Part shown: positions 1-12,849 of the stretch, in pieces
Position numbering within the stretch: position 1 is the first letter of the stretch
Layout of the letters: each line of letters opens with the position of its first letter
Assembly: GCA_964036045.1 (NCBI GenBank)
Contig: OZ038378.1
Span: 55,800,001-55,864,000 of the forward strand
Length of the DNA: 64,000 nt
Source: Eutreptiella sp. 'Long Island Sound 2002'
Lineage: Eukaryota > Protista > Euglenida
Reading direction: 5' to 3'
The notes under the pieces: generated by a model
Told to the model about the DNA's origin: nothing
The model's input: only the letters and a program-made list of their open reading frames with translations
Database searches by the model: none
Translations under genes and position numbers: made by a program

Positions 1-102
1 TCTGCGGCATTCCACTTCATAGCTTGCGCCACATAGGACAGCCCCTGGAGCCCCAAGCACAAAGGCAAACCCCACTTCCCAGGGCCTAGATGAGCCAACT
101 CC

Positions 103-186
103 CCTCCTCTCCTCTCCTCTCCTCTCCTCTCCTCTCCTCTCCTCTCCTCTCCTCTCCTCCCTCTCCTCTCCTCTCCTCTCCCCTCC
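103..186. repeat. (CTCCT)n pyrimidine microsatellite
   Basis: Direct tandem CTCCT run; it produces the SSPLL and RRGEE low-complexity ORFs 90..611 and 86..307. Confidence 0.95.
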
Positions 187-675
187 ACTTGCAGGCCTGC
201 ACTTCCAGAGGCACCGGGTTACAAATGTCGGCCAAGACAATGCCTTTACCGTCTGTAAAGCAGAAAAATCGCCTCCAATGTTCCAGCGACTGCTGGAGAA
301 TAATCATGTGGGGCCTGGAGGGGTCACCGAAATCAAGGCACCCATGGAGCCACCCTCAAAACTCCTCGGTCATGGGAATGACTGAAGGTGCAGCTTGTCA
401 GGGATGCCAGGGGGGGGGGGGGGCAGAATACTGCAATCGTGAGCAGTGGGGAAAAGGTTCCACTGTTGATCTCCTGTCATTGCAGAATATTGCAGCGCGT
501 ATGATGACTGCAGAGGTGAAGGAGCAAGCAAAGAACAAAGAAAGGTGTGTGTGGGGGGGGGGGCATATTCTAGAGAAAGGCCTGCAGGGGTCTGCGGGCT
601 GCCTGTCTTGAAAGAGGGGGGTGCCTGCATCAGGACTACCATGCGTGACGCACAGTGAAAAAGAAGGCATCACCC

Positions 676-677
<2 letters not shown>

Positions 678-710
<33 letters not shown>
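678..710. repeat. (GT)n microsatellite; further GT/CT runs at 2365-2410 and 2547-2570
   Basis: Direct dinucleotide runs. Confidence 0.95.
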
Positions 711-711
<1 letters not shown>

Positions 712-719
712 ACCCAAAG

Positions 720-1176
720 TTAAGCGACCGAACCATGAGTTCTGACATTCTTGCGCCCCGTCAACGGGCTTCAGGAAACTGGGTTGAGGGATACTGGCAA
801 ACATGCAACAAGAGGGGGTGGTGTCTGTGTTCCTAACGCATCCTGCATCCCATCTCCGTGCTTTGCTTCCCTGCGTGAAGGCCCCCTTGGGTGAGTCCGC
901 TGAAGTCCACTGAAGTCCAAGGGTTCTGCTGGAGCTCATGTGCTGGGAAGGGTCGAAGGGATTGGGGGTGAGCTGTGGGTTAAGAGAACAACTGACCGTT
1001 TCATCTTCCGCACTACTGAGTGGGGTGTATGGGAGTGGGCTGAAGACTGGGGTACGCGGAGGTGGAAGCGCTGTGAGGTGGTCCTAGGAATCTGGTGGCG
1101 TGCGCAGCTGGAAGTCCTCTATGCACACCATGAGGTGAATAAACCGAAAACGCGTCTGTTGACCTCCCCTGACTAA
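720..1176 (+). pseudogene. Possible decayed C-terminus of a non-LTR retrotransposon ORF2
   Basis: ORF 940..1176 is Trp-rich (LWVKRTTDRF...IWWRAQLEVLYAHHEV), loosely resembling LINE C-termini elsewhere in the window (HLRGQLEV, IWYAHAKAR). No catalytic motif is seen. Confidence 0.25.
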
Positions 1177-1543
1177 CATGCCGCACTGAAGCAAAGAGGC
1201 GACCTTAGATCAGGCTTGATATCCGGTGAGTTTTGGACCGAAGGGACTGGCATCCCGGGTGTACTGTCTGCTGGTGAGGAAGGCTGCTGGCAAGCTATTG
1301 CTTAGGGACCCCGTGGGGGGGGGGGGGGAGTTGGGGCCCTCAAGGGCTGGAAGTGACCCACCCACAAACCCACCCTTCAACCCACCCACCCACTTCCACC
1401 CCCCCCCCTGGGGGGGGGGGGGGGATATACCTTTGCTCGGTTGGCCCACACTAGCTGTAATGACAAAAATGAAACAATCTGAAAGTGGGGACCAAAAAAA
1501 CTGGTGGAGTTTGTCATCCCCTGATGTTGGACCACAAGGATAC

Positions 1544-1616
1544 TGGACCCACTGGAATTTGAACCCATAACCGTTCATTCTCAAGACCATGCTGTAAACC
1601 ATTCAACTACTTTCCA
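1544..1616 (-). ncRNA. Degenerate tRNA-like sequence (tRNA pseudogene or SINE head)
   Basis: The minus strand reads TAGTTGAATGG (A-box-like), D-stem GTTG/CAGC and T-arm ATGGG-TTCAAAT-TCCAG (B box). The anticodon and acceptor stems pair poorly. Confidence 0.5.
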
Positions 1617-2375
1617 TCTGCCGAAAATTGTGCAACAGGTGCCTCATAGGGTGAACACTACATCAAAAATTTCAACCCCTGAGTTCCAAGGCTCGCAAAC
1701 CCAGCACCCAAGAAAATCCTACCCCCACCCCCGGGGGCGGGGGGGGGGGGGGTGGCTGCATTTATTGAGCCACAGATACCCGACGGCATGCACGTCCTCC
1801 GGCGTGCCCTCAATTCTGGGAGGGCGAGAGGCCGTGGCCCTCCGGCGCCGGGTCCAGCTCGGAGCCTGCAGGAGTAGGCTCGTCCTGGGGGCTCACATCC
1901 GGCGCCGAGGTGCTAGCAGACTCCTGGGCGGCACGTAGGTCGCGCCCCCTCTCAAAAACCACTGAAAAGGGCCTTTGACCCACCCAGCCACCCTTTGACC
2001 GACCCCCCCCCGGGTAGGGTGTCCCACACACTAAGCAATTGCTTGGCTGCTGGAGCCCCCACTGGGCCTTGGCATGCCTGCCACCTCACTCACCATGCGT
2101 AAGAACTTGTGGAGCTCTCCACCTGCTCTTGTCAAGCCTCGCGCCCAAAACACCGGCGCTGTTCGCCGACTGCTTTGTTGTTCAATGTGGCACAGCAGTG
2201 GCCACCAATCTCGGACTGACTCGTAACAACCAGAGCCTTTGCCCTGTGGCACCTTTTCTGGTACCTGAACCTGCAGCTCCTTGCAAAAACAAGAGAAATG
2301 AAGGGGCACGTCCTGAGGCGTCCCAGAGCACCTGGACTACAGCCCACATTCCCCTTGCAGCAGGGTGTGTGTGTG

Positions 2376-2407
<32 letters not shown>

Positions 2408-3890
2408 TGACGCCCAAATCATTCAAATCATGCTCAACCTGTGAGGTTCAACAGGCCTAACTCCTACTTCCATCAGCGAAAGTGCAACTAGTTGACAAGT
2501 GCCTGCCAGCGAGGCGAGAGAACTCAGAACTCATGGTTTCGCTGATGTGTGTGTCTGTGTGTGTGTGCGCGCGCAGATATGTGTAGCCGCTGCTACGTTT
2601 GCTGCTGCTCGCTGCTGGTCCCTTGCTCCTTGCCACTGTCACCCTGCAATCCCCAACACTTCCTGCGCTTCCCCAGACCTTACCTCAACAAACAAGCAGC
2701 TCACACAACCGACACCCCCACGTCCGCTTCCTGTGCTGGTCTTACGGGGACCATGCACTTCGACAACGCCACTCTTTGCCAACCGCAACTGCGGTGACCG
2801 CCATCGGTTTCCACCACGCAGTACCCAAAAGGAAGGAGGGGGTGGGGCTCGGGGAGAAGACATACCAGCACTACGCTACTCAACGCCGTTCTCTGCCAAC
2901 CGCCGCCAACTCCGCCTGTGAAATCGGGGTGTCGGCGCGGACCTTCGTCACACAGGACACACCCTGAGTGCACACGGCTGCACAGCCATCGCTAAATGTC
3001 CCAGGCTCACTTCAGCGAAAAAAAAAAAAAAAGAGGCGCTGGCCACACCCGCGAACAGAGCGGAGGCTGACAATCGACTGCGGTTTGTTGGCTACCAACT
3101 GCTGTCCCATGCCCATGCCGAAGACCAAGCCCCTGCAGTACTACATTTTCGATCCACATGCAAACGGTACAATTGGATGTGCTCTACCATCCTCTAGTTC
3201 GCCGCTCCAGATTGGCATCGACTCATGGAGCTTGACCCGACGGTGTGCGTATAGCCCCCCTGCCACCCGCCCCGCACAACACAGCGACATCGATGGATAT
3301 GTGCCCCCAACAGCCACAAGATGGTCTAAGTACACCTTGGCACCACCACTCACCTTCACAGCAGACTACCCCCATGGCGTCCGTGGCCCGCACCACAGAA
3401 CTGTCTTGGGGGAACTGTCTGGGCGGAACGTGTGCAACAAAATCCGGCGCTAGAAAAGATGCCAACATGTTAGAATTGTCAACGTTGACCACTTTAAATC
3501 ACAAAAACTCTTGATTCCGGGATTCATCGCATCCAGAAACAATACCACAATGCCAATACCCATGCCAATATGATACCAACATTAATGCCAACAGCAAATG
3601 CTACTGTTCACTTGAGCGTCCCTGGGTACGTGGAGGATCCTCCAGGCGAATGAGTACTCAGAGGTGCACTCTTTCGGCCAATGGTTTGCTATTTGGAAGG
3701 TGTGCACGCAGTCAACCTGCGCATTTTCGCTCCAAAAAGCGGCGAGGTTTCATTGGCTAATCAGACACCAGCCGGCCTTCCGTGCACCCAACCGCTGGAA
3801 GTCCGATACAGGGGGCTGGGTTTGGAGCGTTGGAAGGTGGCACGCCAGGGTGCCAAGCCTCCCGACATGGATTGGTGGGGGACAGCAACG

Positions 3891-4540
3891 TTACCGGGAC
3901 GGCAGCGACGAGCGCTTCCGGGTCGCAGTCCCAGTCGTGCCGCGAGGGGTCGCCGGGCCCGGCGATCGGAGGCCCACGCCAGTCGTGGAGCGGCCGGTGC
4001 CGGTGGGGGTGCGCGGGGAGTAGCCGCGCGCACTGTGGGGGCTCGCGACGCTGATGTCCGACCGGTCCGACACAGGCTGCAGAGGGCGGGACTGCGCGCG
4101 CTTAGGGCGGGGGACGGCGGCCTTGCGGGGCAGTGGCAGGGGCAGGGGCGGCGTGGCGTCGCTGTTGTTGTTGTTGATAGTGTGGATGTTGATGGGGGGA
4201 ATGACGACGGGGGTGATGGCGCGGGGGGAGTTGGTGGCGCGGGAGGGCGTGTCCGTGGTGATGGACGAGCAGGGCGACGTGCAGGGGATCGGGCTGAGGG
4301 GGGCCTTCGGGGGCGACAGAGTGAGGGATGGAGACCCGTGGGGCGAGCGGTCCTGGTGGATCTCGGGAGTGGCAGGGGTGCCCCACGCCTCTTTGGGTGG
4401 TGGCCGGGGGATGAGCTGGAAAATGCGCAGCGTCTTCGGCTGGGTCTGCCCCAAGATATTCCATGTGGTAAGGGGAGTGATGACAGGGTTGCCAAGAGTG
4501 GTCAGCAAAGATTCAGACAGGGCCCAGAAGATCTGAACGC
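3891..4540 (-). CDS. Pro/Ser/Thr-rich ORF fragment of unknown function, truncated upstream by a LINE tail insertion
   Basis: ORF 3891..4508 (205 aa) looks disordered; the frame extends to a stop near 4540. No domain recognised. Confidence 0.25.
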
Positions 4541-4595
4541 GGCGTCAACCAGGTGGGATGAGGCGAATGGCATGGGGGCGTGGTGGTGTGCAGCA

Positions 4596-4870
4596 GTGTG
4601 GTGTGGTGTGGTGTGGTGTGCTGAAGGTGCTGTTACCAAATGGCAATGGCCAGGATGTTCTTGCATACGGGTAATGCAAGCAGGAAGGGCTGTTAGTCTG
4701 AACGCGCACTCTGTGTAGTATGTGGTGCACCTGTGGCAGAGGGCCATCTCTCTCGCTGGTGCCAAGCGGCTGCTGTCCAAGGCTGCCTTGGGGATGCCCT
4801 GCCGCTCTATCCGATGCCGCCACCAAAATTCTTCATGGGGCTAGGCCTTTGTGCCTCCGGGCCCTAGTTG
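4596..4870 (-). mobile_element. 3' end of a (CACCA)n-tailed LINE (family C), diverged copy
   Basis: (GTGGT)n at 4596-4620 is followed by the ctgaaggtgctgttaccaaatggc core. The minus strand encodes LGPGGTKA*PHEEFWWRHRIERQG, homologous to LGPGSTMAWALQELRLHQQAEREG at about 61.3 kb. Confidence 0.75.
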
Positions 4871-4904
4871 GGCATTAATGAGACCGGCACTTCGCCAAAT
4901 GAAA

Positions 4905-6375
4905 TTCTTTGGTATACTGCCACACTGCAACGGGTAGTGGGCAGTGGGGATCCTTCATTATTCTGCCACAATGCAGTGGGGACCGGGCAGTGGATGTGCT
5001 ATATTGTACTGCCACAGTGCCACAGTGCAGTGGGCAAGTGGGTAGTATGTAGTGGGTATCCGGCACTATTCTGCCACACTGCAGTGGGTACAATTCTGCC
5101 ACACTGTAGTGGGTACAGTGGGTACAATGGGTAGTGGGCAAGTGGTGATCCTTCAATATACTATCTCATAGCATGGGGCAGTGGGCAGTGGGAATCATCC
5201 GGTGTACCACCGCAACGCAGTGGGCAATGGGTAGTGCATGGTGGGGATCCTTCAATACACTCTGCATGGGGCAGCGGACAGTGGGGACCCATCAATAAAC
5301 TACCACACTGCATGGGGCAAGGGGCACGGGGCATCCTTCACTACACTGCCTCACTAGATGGCGCGGTGGGCACTACCGATCCTGCACTACACACCCGCAC
5401 TACAGTGGGCACTGGGCATTAGGGATCCTTTAGTGCAGTGCCACGTTGCAATGGGCAGCGGACGGTAGGGATGCCTCAATACATTGCTGCATGGCATGGG
5501 GCAATGGGCAGTGATGATCCTCTCGTGTACTGCCTCACTTCGGTGGGTAGTGGGTAGTGGGGATCCTTCAGTTCAATGCATCATTGCGGTGGGCAATGGG
5601 CAGTGGTGATCCTCCTACAATGCAGTGCCACATTGCAATTGGCAGTGGGCAATGGGCACCGGGGATCCTTCTGCAAAAATGCGCCACAGCATGAGGCATT
5701 GGGCAGGGCTGATCTTGTAGTACACCGCCACACTGCATGGGGCGGTGGGGAATTTGGTTCTTGAAATTGCCTTACTGCAATGTGAAGTGGGGATCATGCA
5801 GCACGCCGCCTCACGACATGGGGCAGTGGGCGGTGTAGAACCTTTTGTAAACTATGTCAATGCACGGGGCAATGGGCAGAGGGGCTCCTTTTGTGCAGTG
5901 CCACGCATGGGGCAATAGGCAGTGTGAATCCTTTAGTAAATTGCCTCATCGCATGGGGTAGTGGGAAGTGGAGATCCTTGAGTGCACTGCCACACTTCAG
6001 TGGGCAGTGGGCAGCGGTGATCCTTTCGTGAACAGCCACACTGCAGAGGGCGGTGGACACTAGGGATCCTTCAGTACATGGCCTTATTGCATGGGGCAAT
6101 GGGTAGTGACAATCCTCTAGTACACACCCTCACTTCAGTCGGTAGGGGGCAGTGGGGATCCTTTAGCACAATGCCTCATTGCAATGGGCAATGGGCAGTG
6201 GCGCTCCTTCTCTATAGTGCCGCACTGCATGGGGTAGTGGGTAGTGGGGATCCTTCGATAAATTGCCTCACTCCATGGAGTAGTGGGCTGCAGGGCTCCT
6301 TCAGTAGAGTGAATCAGTACATTGGGGAGTGGGCAATGGATATCTTGTATTGTACTACCACAATGCAGTGGGCAC
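4905..6375. repeat. Degenerate hairpin satellite, GATCCTTC-loop variant of the 47-bp family
   Basis: Recurrent gggcagtggg(g)atccttc...cactgccacactgca units. Confidence 0.85.
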
Positions 6376-6604
6376 TGGCTAGGGGGGGGGGGGGTAGATC
6401 AAAATATAAAATTTTAAGTTGAAAATAAAGTTTATTTTTAACTGTGTCACCCCCCCCCCGAGCCCCGTACATAAAAATGTCTACCCGTGGGGGTCTTTCT
6501 CAACCCTAACCCCCCACTGCCCCCCCTTAGCCCACAAACCCACCTAAAACCCCCTTGCCCACCCACCCCCTTGCCCCGCCACCTCCACAGAATTTCAATC
6601 AACT

Positions 6605-6700
6605 TCTATGAAGTCTGCCCCAGCCACCATGGCCAGGCATGGCCAATCACAGGGCCCCGATTCTGAGGCCAACTCACGGAGCGTCGGGTTCCCAAACCCA
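6605..6700. repeat. Dispersed repeat fragment (family X), also at 11700-11775 (inverted) and 16620-16715
   Basis: Shared string gcccc(a/g)gc(c/t)acca(t/a)ggcca.g..tggccaatcaca.g.cccc...actcacggagcg.cgggttcc. Confidence 0.8.
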
Positions 6701-6749
6701 ACCCCCCAATCTCCCCCCCATGGCCTGCTAACCCATCCTAACCCCCCGC

Positions 6750-9700
6750 CCTCAAGCAATCCAGCAGTGTGCCACAACAGTCCCATGGCCCGCTGCCCCC
6801 CGGCAAGCACACGTTATGTAGCAGGAGCTCGACTGCCCACTCGCCCCAAGCAGTCCAGCAATGTGCCGCACTACCACAACGCAGTGGGCAGTGGGTAGTG
6901 GGGAGTGCTGCACTGTGCCGGGCAGTGGACGGTGGGGATTCTTCCGTTCAACCGCCCGGGGACAGTGGGCAGTGGAACTCCTGCTGCATAATGCCTGCTT
7001 GCTGGGGGGCAGTGGGCCATGGGACTGCTGCAGTGTCGCAGTGTACTCCAAGTTCTCGGCTGCTTGGCCATGGTAGCCAAGGCTACCTCCACGGATGTTC
7101 ACTCGAGTTCTATTCAGGTGGTGGAGCACAACTGCGTTGGGACGGAGGGAAGTGGAATTCCTTCTGCACACACCCTCCCTGCCTTGGGGCGGTGGGCGGT
7201 GGAACTCCCGCAGCACACTGCCGCAACACTTCGGTGCATCGGGGAGTGGAACTCGGGCGGCACAATGCCACATTCCCTGGGTCCTACAATGCATTGCCAC
7301 AATGCCCAGGGGATGTGGGTAGTGAAAAAGATTACGAGAGTGCCTGGGGATAGTTGGAGGCAAAACTTGTTCTGTTCCGTGCCCCACTACCTTGGGGCAC
7401 GGGGCAGCGGAAAACCTTCTCTTCCCTGCGTCACTACCGTGGGGCAGCCGGCGGCGGAACTCCTTCCGTGCACTGCCTAACTGCCTTGAAGCCGTGGGCA
7501 ACGGCACACATTCTGTAAAATGTGTCACCCCCTTGGTTAGTGGAATTCCTTCTATACACTACATCACTGCCCTAGGGCACTGAGCAGCGGAACTCCTTCT
7601 GTGCAGTGCCTTAGTGCCTTGAAGTAGTGGGGAGTGGAACTCCTTTTGATCAGTGCCTCACTTTCTTGGGGTAGTGGGCGGTGGCATTGGTTCTACACAC
7701 AACCTCACTGCCCTAGGGCATTGGACAATGGCACGCCGTCGGTGCCCTACCGCACTCCTAACAGGTACTGGGTAGCAAAAGTCCATGTTTATACTACGCA
7801 ACTGCCTTGGGGCAATGGGGATTGCCAATCCTTGTATAAACTACCTCCCTGAAACGGGGCAGTGGTTCTACTACCTGCTGCCCCATGGCATTGACACAGT
7901 GTACACAACAAGTGCTAGTGCCCACCATCCCAAGGTAGTGGGGCAGCGATCAGTGGACTTCCGTTGCCCGCTTACCCAAGGCAGCGGGGCGCTGTAGAGA
8001 ACGAGTTCCGCTGCAAAACGTCTTGTACACGGCCTTGCTGCCTTGGGGAAGCGGGCAACGGAACTTATGCAGTTCATTGCCCCACTGCCTTGGTGAGGTA
8101 CGCAGCGGAGCTCCTTTAGTTCAGTGCCTCACGGCCTTGGGGCACTGGGCTGTGGCACAATACCTCACTGCCTTGGGGCACTGGGGACCAGATCTTTTTC
8201 TGTTCACCATCTGAGGACCTTGGAAAACTAGGATGTGGCACACTGCTTCACTGCTCCGAGGTAGTGGGCACTGGATCTTCTTCTATTTACTGCCACACTA
8301 CCTTCCGCTAGTGGACAACAAGCCAACTTCTATTGACTTCCTCGGCGCCGTGCGGCAGTGGGCAATGGCACTCCTTCTGCACACTGCCTTTTTACCTTGG
8401 GGCAGTGGGCAACCGAATGCCTTCCGTACACTACGCCATAGCCTTGGGGTAGTGGGCAGCAGACATCCGTCCGTTCACTCCCTCATTGCCTTGGGGTAGT
8501 GGACACTAGCACTCTTGATGCACATTGTCTCACTGCCCTAGGGTAGTGGGCAGCGGAAATCATGCTGTACACTGCCCCATTGCCTTGGGTCAGTGGGTAG
8601 TCACACTCATTTCATTGATTGTCTCCTTACCTTGGGCGATGGGCAGCGGAATTCCTCCGGTACATCGCCTCACTACCTTGGGGTACTGGGTAGTGACATT
8701 CCTTTTGTACACTGCCTAAAGGCCCCCGGGGAACGGGTGATGGCACTCCTTCTCTTCACTCGCTCACTCCCTTGGGGCATTGGGCAGTGGCACTCATACC
8801 ATTCACTGCCCTAGCGCCAATGCACAGTGGGCAACACAACTCCTTCAGTTCATTAGGTCACTCACTGTCTTGGATCAATGGGTAGTGGAATTCCTTTTGT
8901 TCATTGCCTCACCGCGGATCTTCCCAAGGGTTGTGGGCAGCAACACTGCTTAGTTTCACCGTCTAACGGCCTAAGAAAAGTGGAATGTGGAACACTGCCT
9001 CATTGCCTTGGACAAGTGGGCAGTTGAACATCTTCAGCTCACCATCCCACTACCTTGGGGCAGTGGGCAACACAACTCCTTTTGAAAATTCCTCACTGCA
9101 GCGCACAATGGCATCCCTCTCATTGCCTTGCAACAATGGACAGTGGAACTCCTTAGATGCACAGCCTCACTAGCTTTGGGCAGTGGCCAACAGAATTCTT
9201 TCTGTACATTACCACACTTTTTGTACCAAAATCAAAATGTGTACACGGCCTCGCTGCATTGCAGAAGAGGGCAATGGAACTTATGTAGTTCATTGCCCCA
9301 CTGCCTTGGTGCAGTGGGCCTAGGTGCTCGTTCAACTCAGTCCCTCACGGCCTTGGGGCAGTTGGTTGTGGCACACCACCTCACTACCTTGGGGCACTGA
9401 GGAGTAGATCTCCTTATATTCACTATCAGCCTCACTGCCTTGGGGCAACGGCGAACGGAATTCCTTCCGTGCACTACGTCACAGCCTTTGGGCATGGGCA
9501 GCTCAACTCCTTTTGTTCGCTAACTGTGTCCCTTTGGGCACTGGGCACGGGCAGTCCTTCCACACACTCTGCCACTGCCTTGGCGTGGTGGGCAGCGGAA
9601 CTCCTGTTGTACGGTGCCCCATTGCCTTGAGGCATTTGCTCCCCATCTGTGTGACAGAGTATAGAAGAAGTCAAAGTGCCCACTGCTCCCCAGCCATGCA

Positions 9701-11540
9701 GCGGAGTATTGTAGGGTCCCACTACCCACTGCTCCCTAGCCATGTGGCAGTATACGGAAGGAGATCCACTGCCCATTGCTTCCCTGCAAGCTGGCGGTGT
9801 GCCCAAGGATAGCCACTCCCCAGTGCTCCCTAGAATGTGGCACTATCCAGTGGCACATTTAGTGCCCGCTGCTCTGCAGCAGTGTGGCCTTATATTGAAG
9901 TAGGTCCTTTGCCCACAGCTCACCGGCAGTATTGTAGTGACCTGACAGAGATCCACAGCCCAATGCTCCCAAGAAACATGGCAATGTTTTGTAGACAACC
10001 CACTGCCCATTGCTCCCCAATAGTGTGGCAGTGCCAAGAAGGAGTCCCACTGCCCACTGCTGCCAAGCAATGCGGCGGTATACTAAAGGAGATCCACCAC
10101 CCTGCTCCCCAAAAGTTTGGTAGTGCATATAGGGAGTTTCACCGCTGATTGCTCCCTGCAGTGCGGTAGTGGACATGATGAACCCCACTGCCCACTCCTT
10201 CCAGGCAATGTGGTGGTGCAACCGAGGGAATCCCATTGCCCAATGCTCCCCTAGCAGCGTGGCGGTATACCAGGAACCCCACCCCCCAGTGCTTTCCACC
10301 AGTTTGGTAGTACACCAGAAGAACTTCTCCCGCCCCAGCGGTGTAGTGGTGCACCGAAGGAGCTCAGTAGCCACTGCTCTCAACGATGTGGCGGTGCTCA
10401 GAAGGATTCCTAGTGCCCATCGATCCCCATTAATGTGGTGGTGTCTTCGAGGAGTCCCATTGCCCATTGCTTCCCGGTGGTGTGGTTGTGTAGTAAAGCA
10501 TTTGTGCTGCCCGGTGCCCCCCAACAGAGTGGCGCTGTTGTGCAGGAGTCTTAGAGCCCATGGCTCTACAACAATGTGGCGTTGTAGTGCGAGAGTCCCA
10601 CAACCGCATTCTCCCAATCACTGTGGCGGTGCACCGAAAGAGTTCCTCTGCCCATTGCACACTACACCCCGTCATGGTGGCGGTGCTCAAAAGAAGTCCC
10701 ATTGCCCATCGCTCTCCGCCAATGCGCAAAGAGAGTCCCACTACCCACCCCTCCCTAGGAGTGTGGCGGTGTAGTGAGGGAGACTCGCTGCCCGCTCCTC
10801 CCTGGGAGCATGGGAGTGCCCTGAAAGAGCCCCGATGCGCACTGCTCCCTTGCAGTGTGGGAGTGAAGTGAGGGAGTCTCACTACATCGGACCCTAGGCA
10901 ACGGGGCAGTGCACTGAAGCGGATCCAACCCCCGTTGCCCCGAAGCAGCCACGCAATGTACACAAGGATTTCCACTGCACACTTCTTCCGGCAATGCAGT
11001 GAAACAATATACGGAAGGAATTACGCCGCCCACTCCTTCAAGGCAGTGGGGCAGTGTACCCACAGAGTGCCATTGTCCACTAGCCCAAGGCAATGCCCCA
11101 GTGAACTGAAGGGGCTCGTTTTCCCGCTGCCGAAGTAGTGTATAGACAGCAGTTATGCTACCCATCACCCCCAGGGCAATGAGGCATTGTATGCCTACGC
11201 ACTGAGGGACTATACGGAAGGCGTACCACTGCCCACTGCCCTAGGGCGGTGTGGCGGTGAATTGAAGGAGTCCCATCGCTCACAGTGCCAAGGCACCAAG
11301 TTAGTGTACAAAAGGAGTTTTGCCACTCGCTATCTGTTGCTTCAGGGCAATGTGGCGGTGTACGGAAGGAGTGCCATTGCCCACCGCCCGAGGACAGTGG
11401 GGCGGTGTACAAAGAGTATTATGCTACCCAATTAGGCAATGTTCACGTGGAGTGCCGCTTCCCACTGCCCCAAGGCCTTAACGTAGGGATCAAAATGAGT
11501 TTGATTGTCCAATGTCCCAAGGCACTAGGGCAGTGAGCAG
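6750..11540. repeat. Degenerate 47-bp hairpin satellite (CCTTGGGG-linker variant); orientation flips near 9640
   Basis: Recurrent cactgccttggggcagtgggca...aactcc units. The loop reads AACTCC up to about 9620 and GGAGT after about 9690. Confidence 0.9.
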
Positions 11541-11544
11541 AAGG

Positions 11545-11830
11545 ACCCACCTTGGGACGCAGCTCGCCGAGGCGCGCCCGCGCCTTGCCCATGTCCTTTT
11601 GTGTCTTTGCAATTTGTTTGTCGAGGTCGGCTTTCTGTTGAATCCGTGCTCCGTGCTCTTGTCTTGTGCCTTTGTAACCCGGTGCTCCGTGAGTCAGTCC
11701 CACGGTCCGGGACTTGTGATTGGCCACGCCTGGCCATGGTAGCCGGGGCAGCTTCTCTTTGAGGAGTGGCGAAGCCATGTACATAGATGGCGTTCTTCAC
11801 CAACGCGCTGCAGGTTGAACAACCGCTTGG
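11545..11830 (-). mobile_element. Deletion-derivative fragment of the 22.3-24.1 kb ORF family joined to repeat X
   Basis: Encodes QQKADLDKQIAKTQKDMGKARARLGELRPKVG, versus QQKADLDKQVGTT*KDMANARARLSELRPKVG at 23.1-23.2 kb. Confidence 0.85.
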
Positions 11831-11939
11831 AAAAATACAGCAGGGTTTTCCGGCCGTGGGGGGCTTGTGCTATTGGTACACAGTTTGCTGGCAGGGGGAC
11901 GATTGCATGTGCGCTTCGAAAAAAGGTCGAGGGAGGGGC

Positions 11940-12260
11940 ACCACTGCGTGCTAGGAATGTTTGCTTGGAGACGGGGACGGGGGAGTTGGTACCACGGGGT
12001 GCCTGCGGTATTGCTACCAACGTCTCGGGGAGCCATGGGAAGGGGAGCGTGCTTGGAATTTTTGCTCGGAAAAAGGGACGGGGGAGTTGGTGCCACGGGG
12101 TGCCTGCGATATTGCTACCAACCTTTCGGGGAGCCCTGGGAAGGGGAACGTGGTTGGAATATTTGCTTGGAAATAGGGACGGGGGAGTTGGTGCCTCATG
12201 CTGCCTGCGATAATGCTACCAACATTTCAAGAAGCTTTGGGAAGGGGAGGATGCTAGGAA
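11940..12260. repeat. 101-bp tandem repeat, about 3 copies
   Basis: gagttggt anchor at 11983, 12084 and 12185. Confidence 0.85.
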
Positions 12261-12849
12261 CACTTTCAAGGAGGTCACCGTTGCTGCACATGTTGTGCAA
12301 GCGATGGCAAAAAGCTAAGAATGCAGCGGAAAACACCCTGCAAAATACAACCAGTGAAATGGAGCATTTTGGTCAGCAAAAGAACATTCCAAGGTAATGG
12401 GATTTTGCGACATGTGTTGCCATTTGGTAAGAGCGCTCCAGGAAGATCAGGCCACACCACACCATGCCACACCACACTATTGCGTGCCACCCGGCCACGC
12501 CACAATAGGGCTTGCCACACCCACTTAGCACTGCCCGTTACAATGCGGCAGCGTGCTAAATGATACTTGTTGCCCGGAGCCTCTTTGCAATGAGGCAATG
12601 TTTCCAAGAGCATACACTCCCCCCACGCCCCTAAAGCGTGCCCGCGCCTTTTTGGGGGAGGAGCATCCCCCCCGGCCGCTCCAGGAGCTACGACCACCGT
12701 ATCGGTATTGACCGTCCGCCCCCCTAACCCATGATCTTGTTCCTATTGGGGGCTACCATCCCCCGCAGATACCCCGAAAGCTGTTCCCATGGGCACGGTC
12801 GGACACTTCGTCCCCCCCGCCTGGGCTCCCGTCCCTTTTGGGGGCTACC

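Noticed and set aside
2640-3500. Minus-strand fragments (RKRTWGCRLCELLVC; KVYLDHLVAVGG...) as a piggyBac-like Cys-rich tail or other gene
   Set aside because: Short, frameshifted and without a catalytic core; insufficient support.
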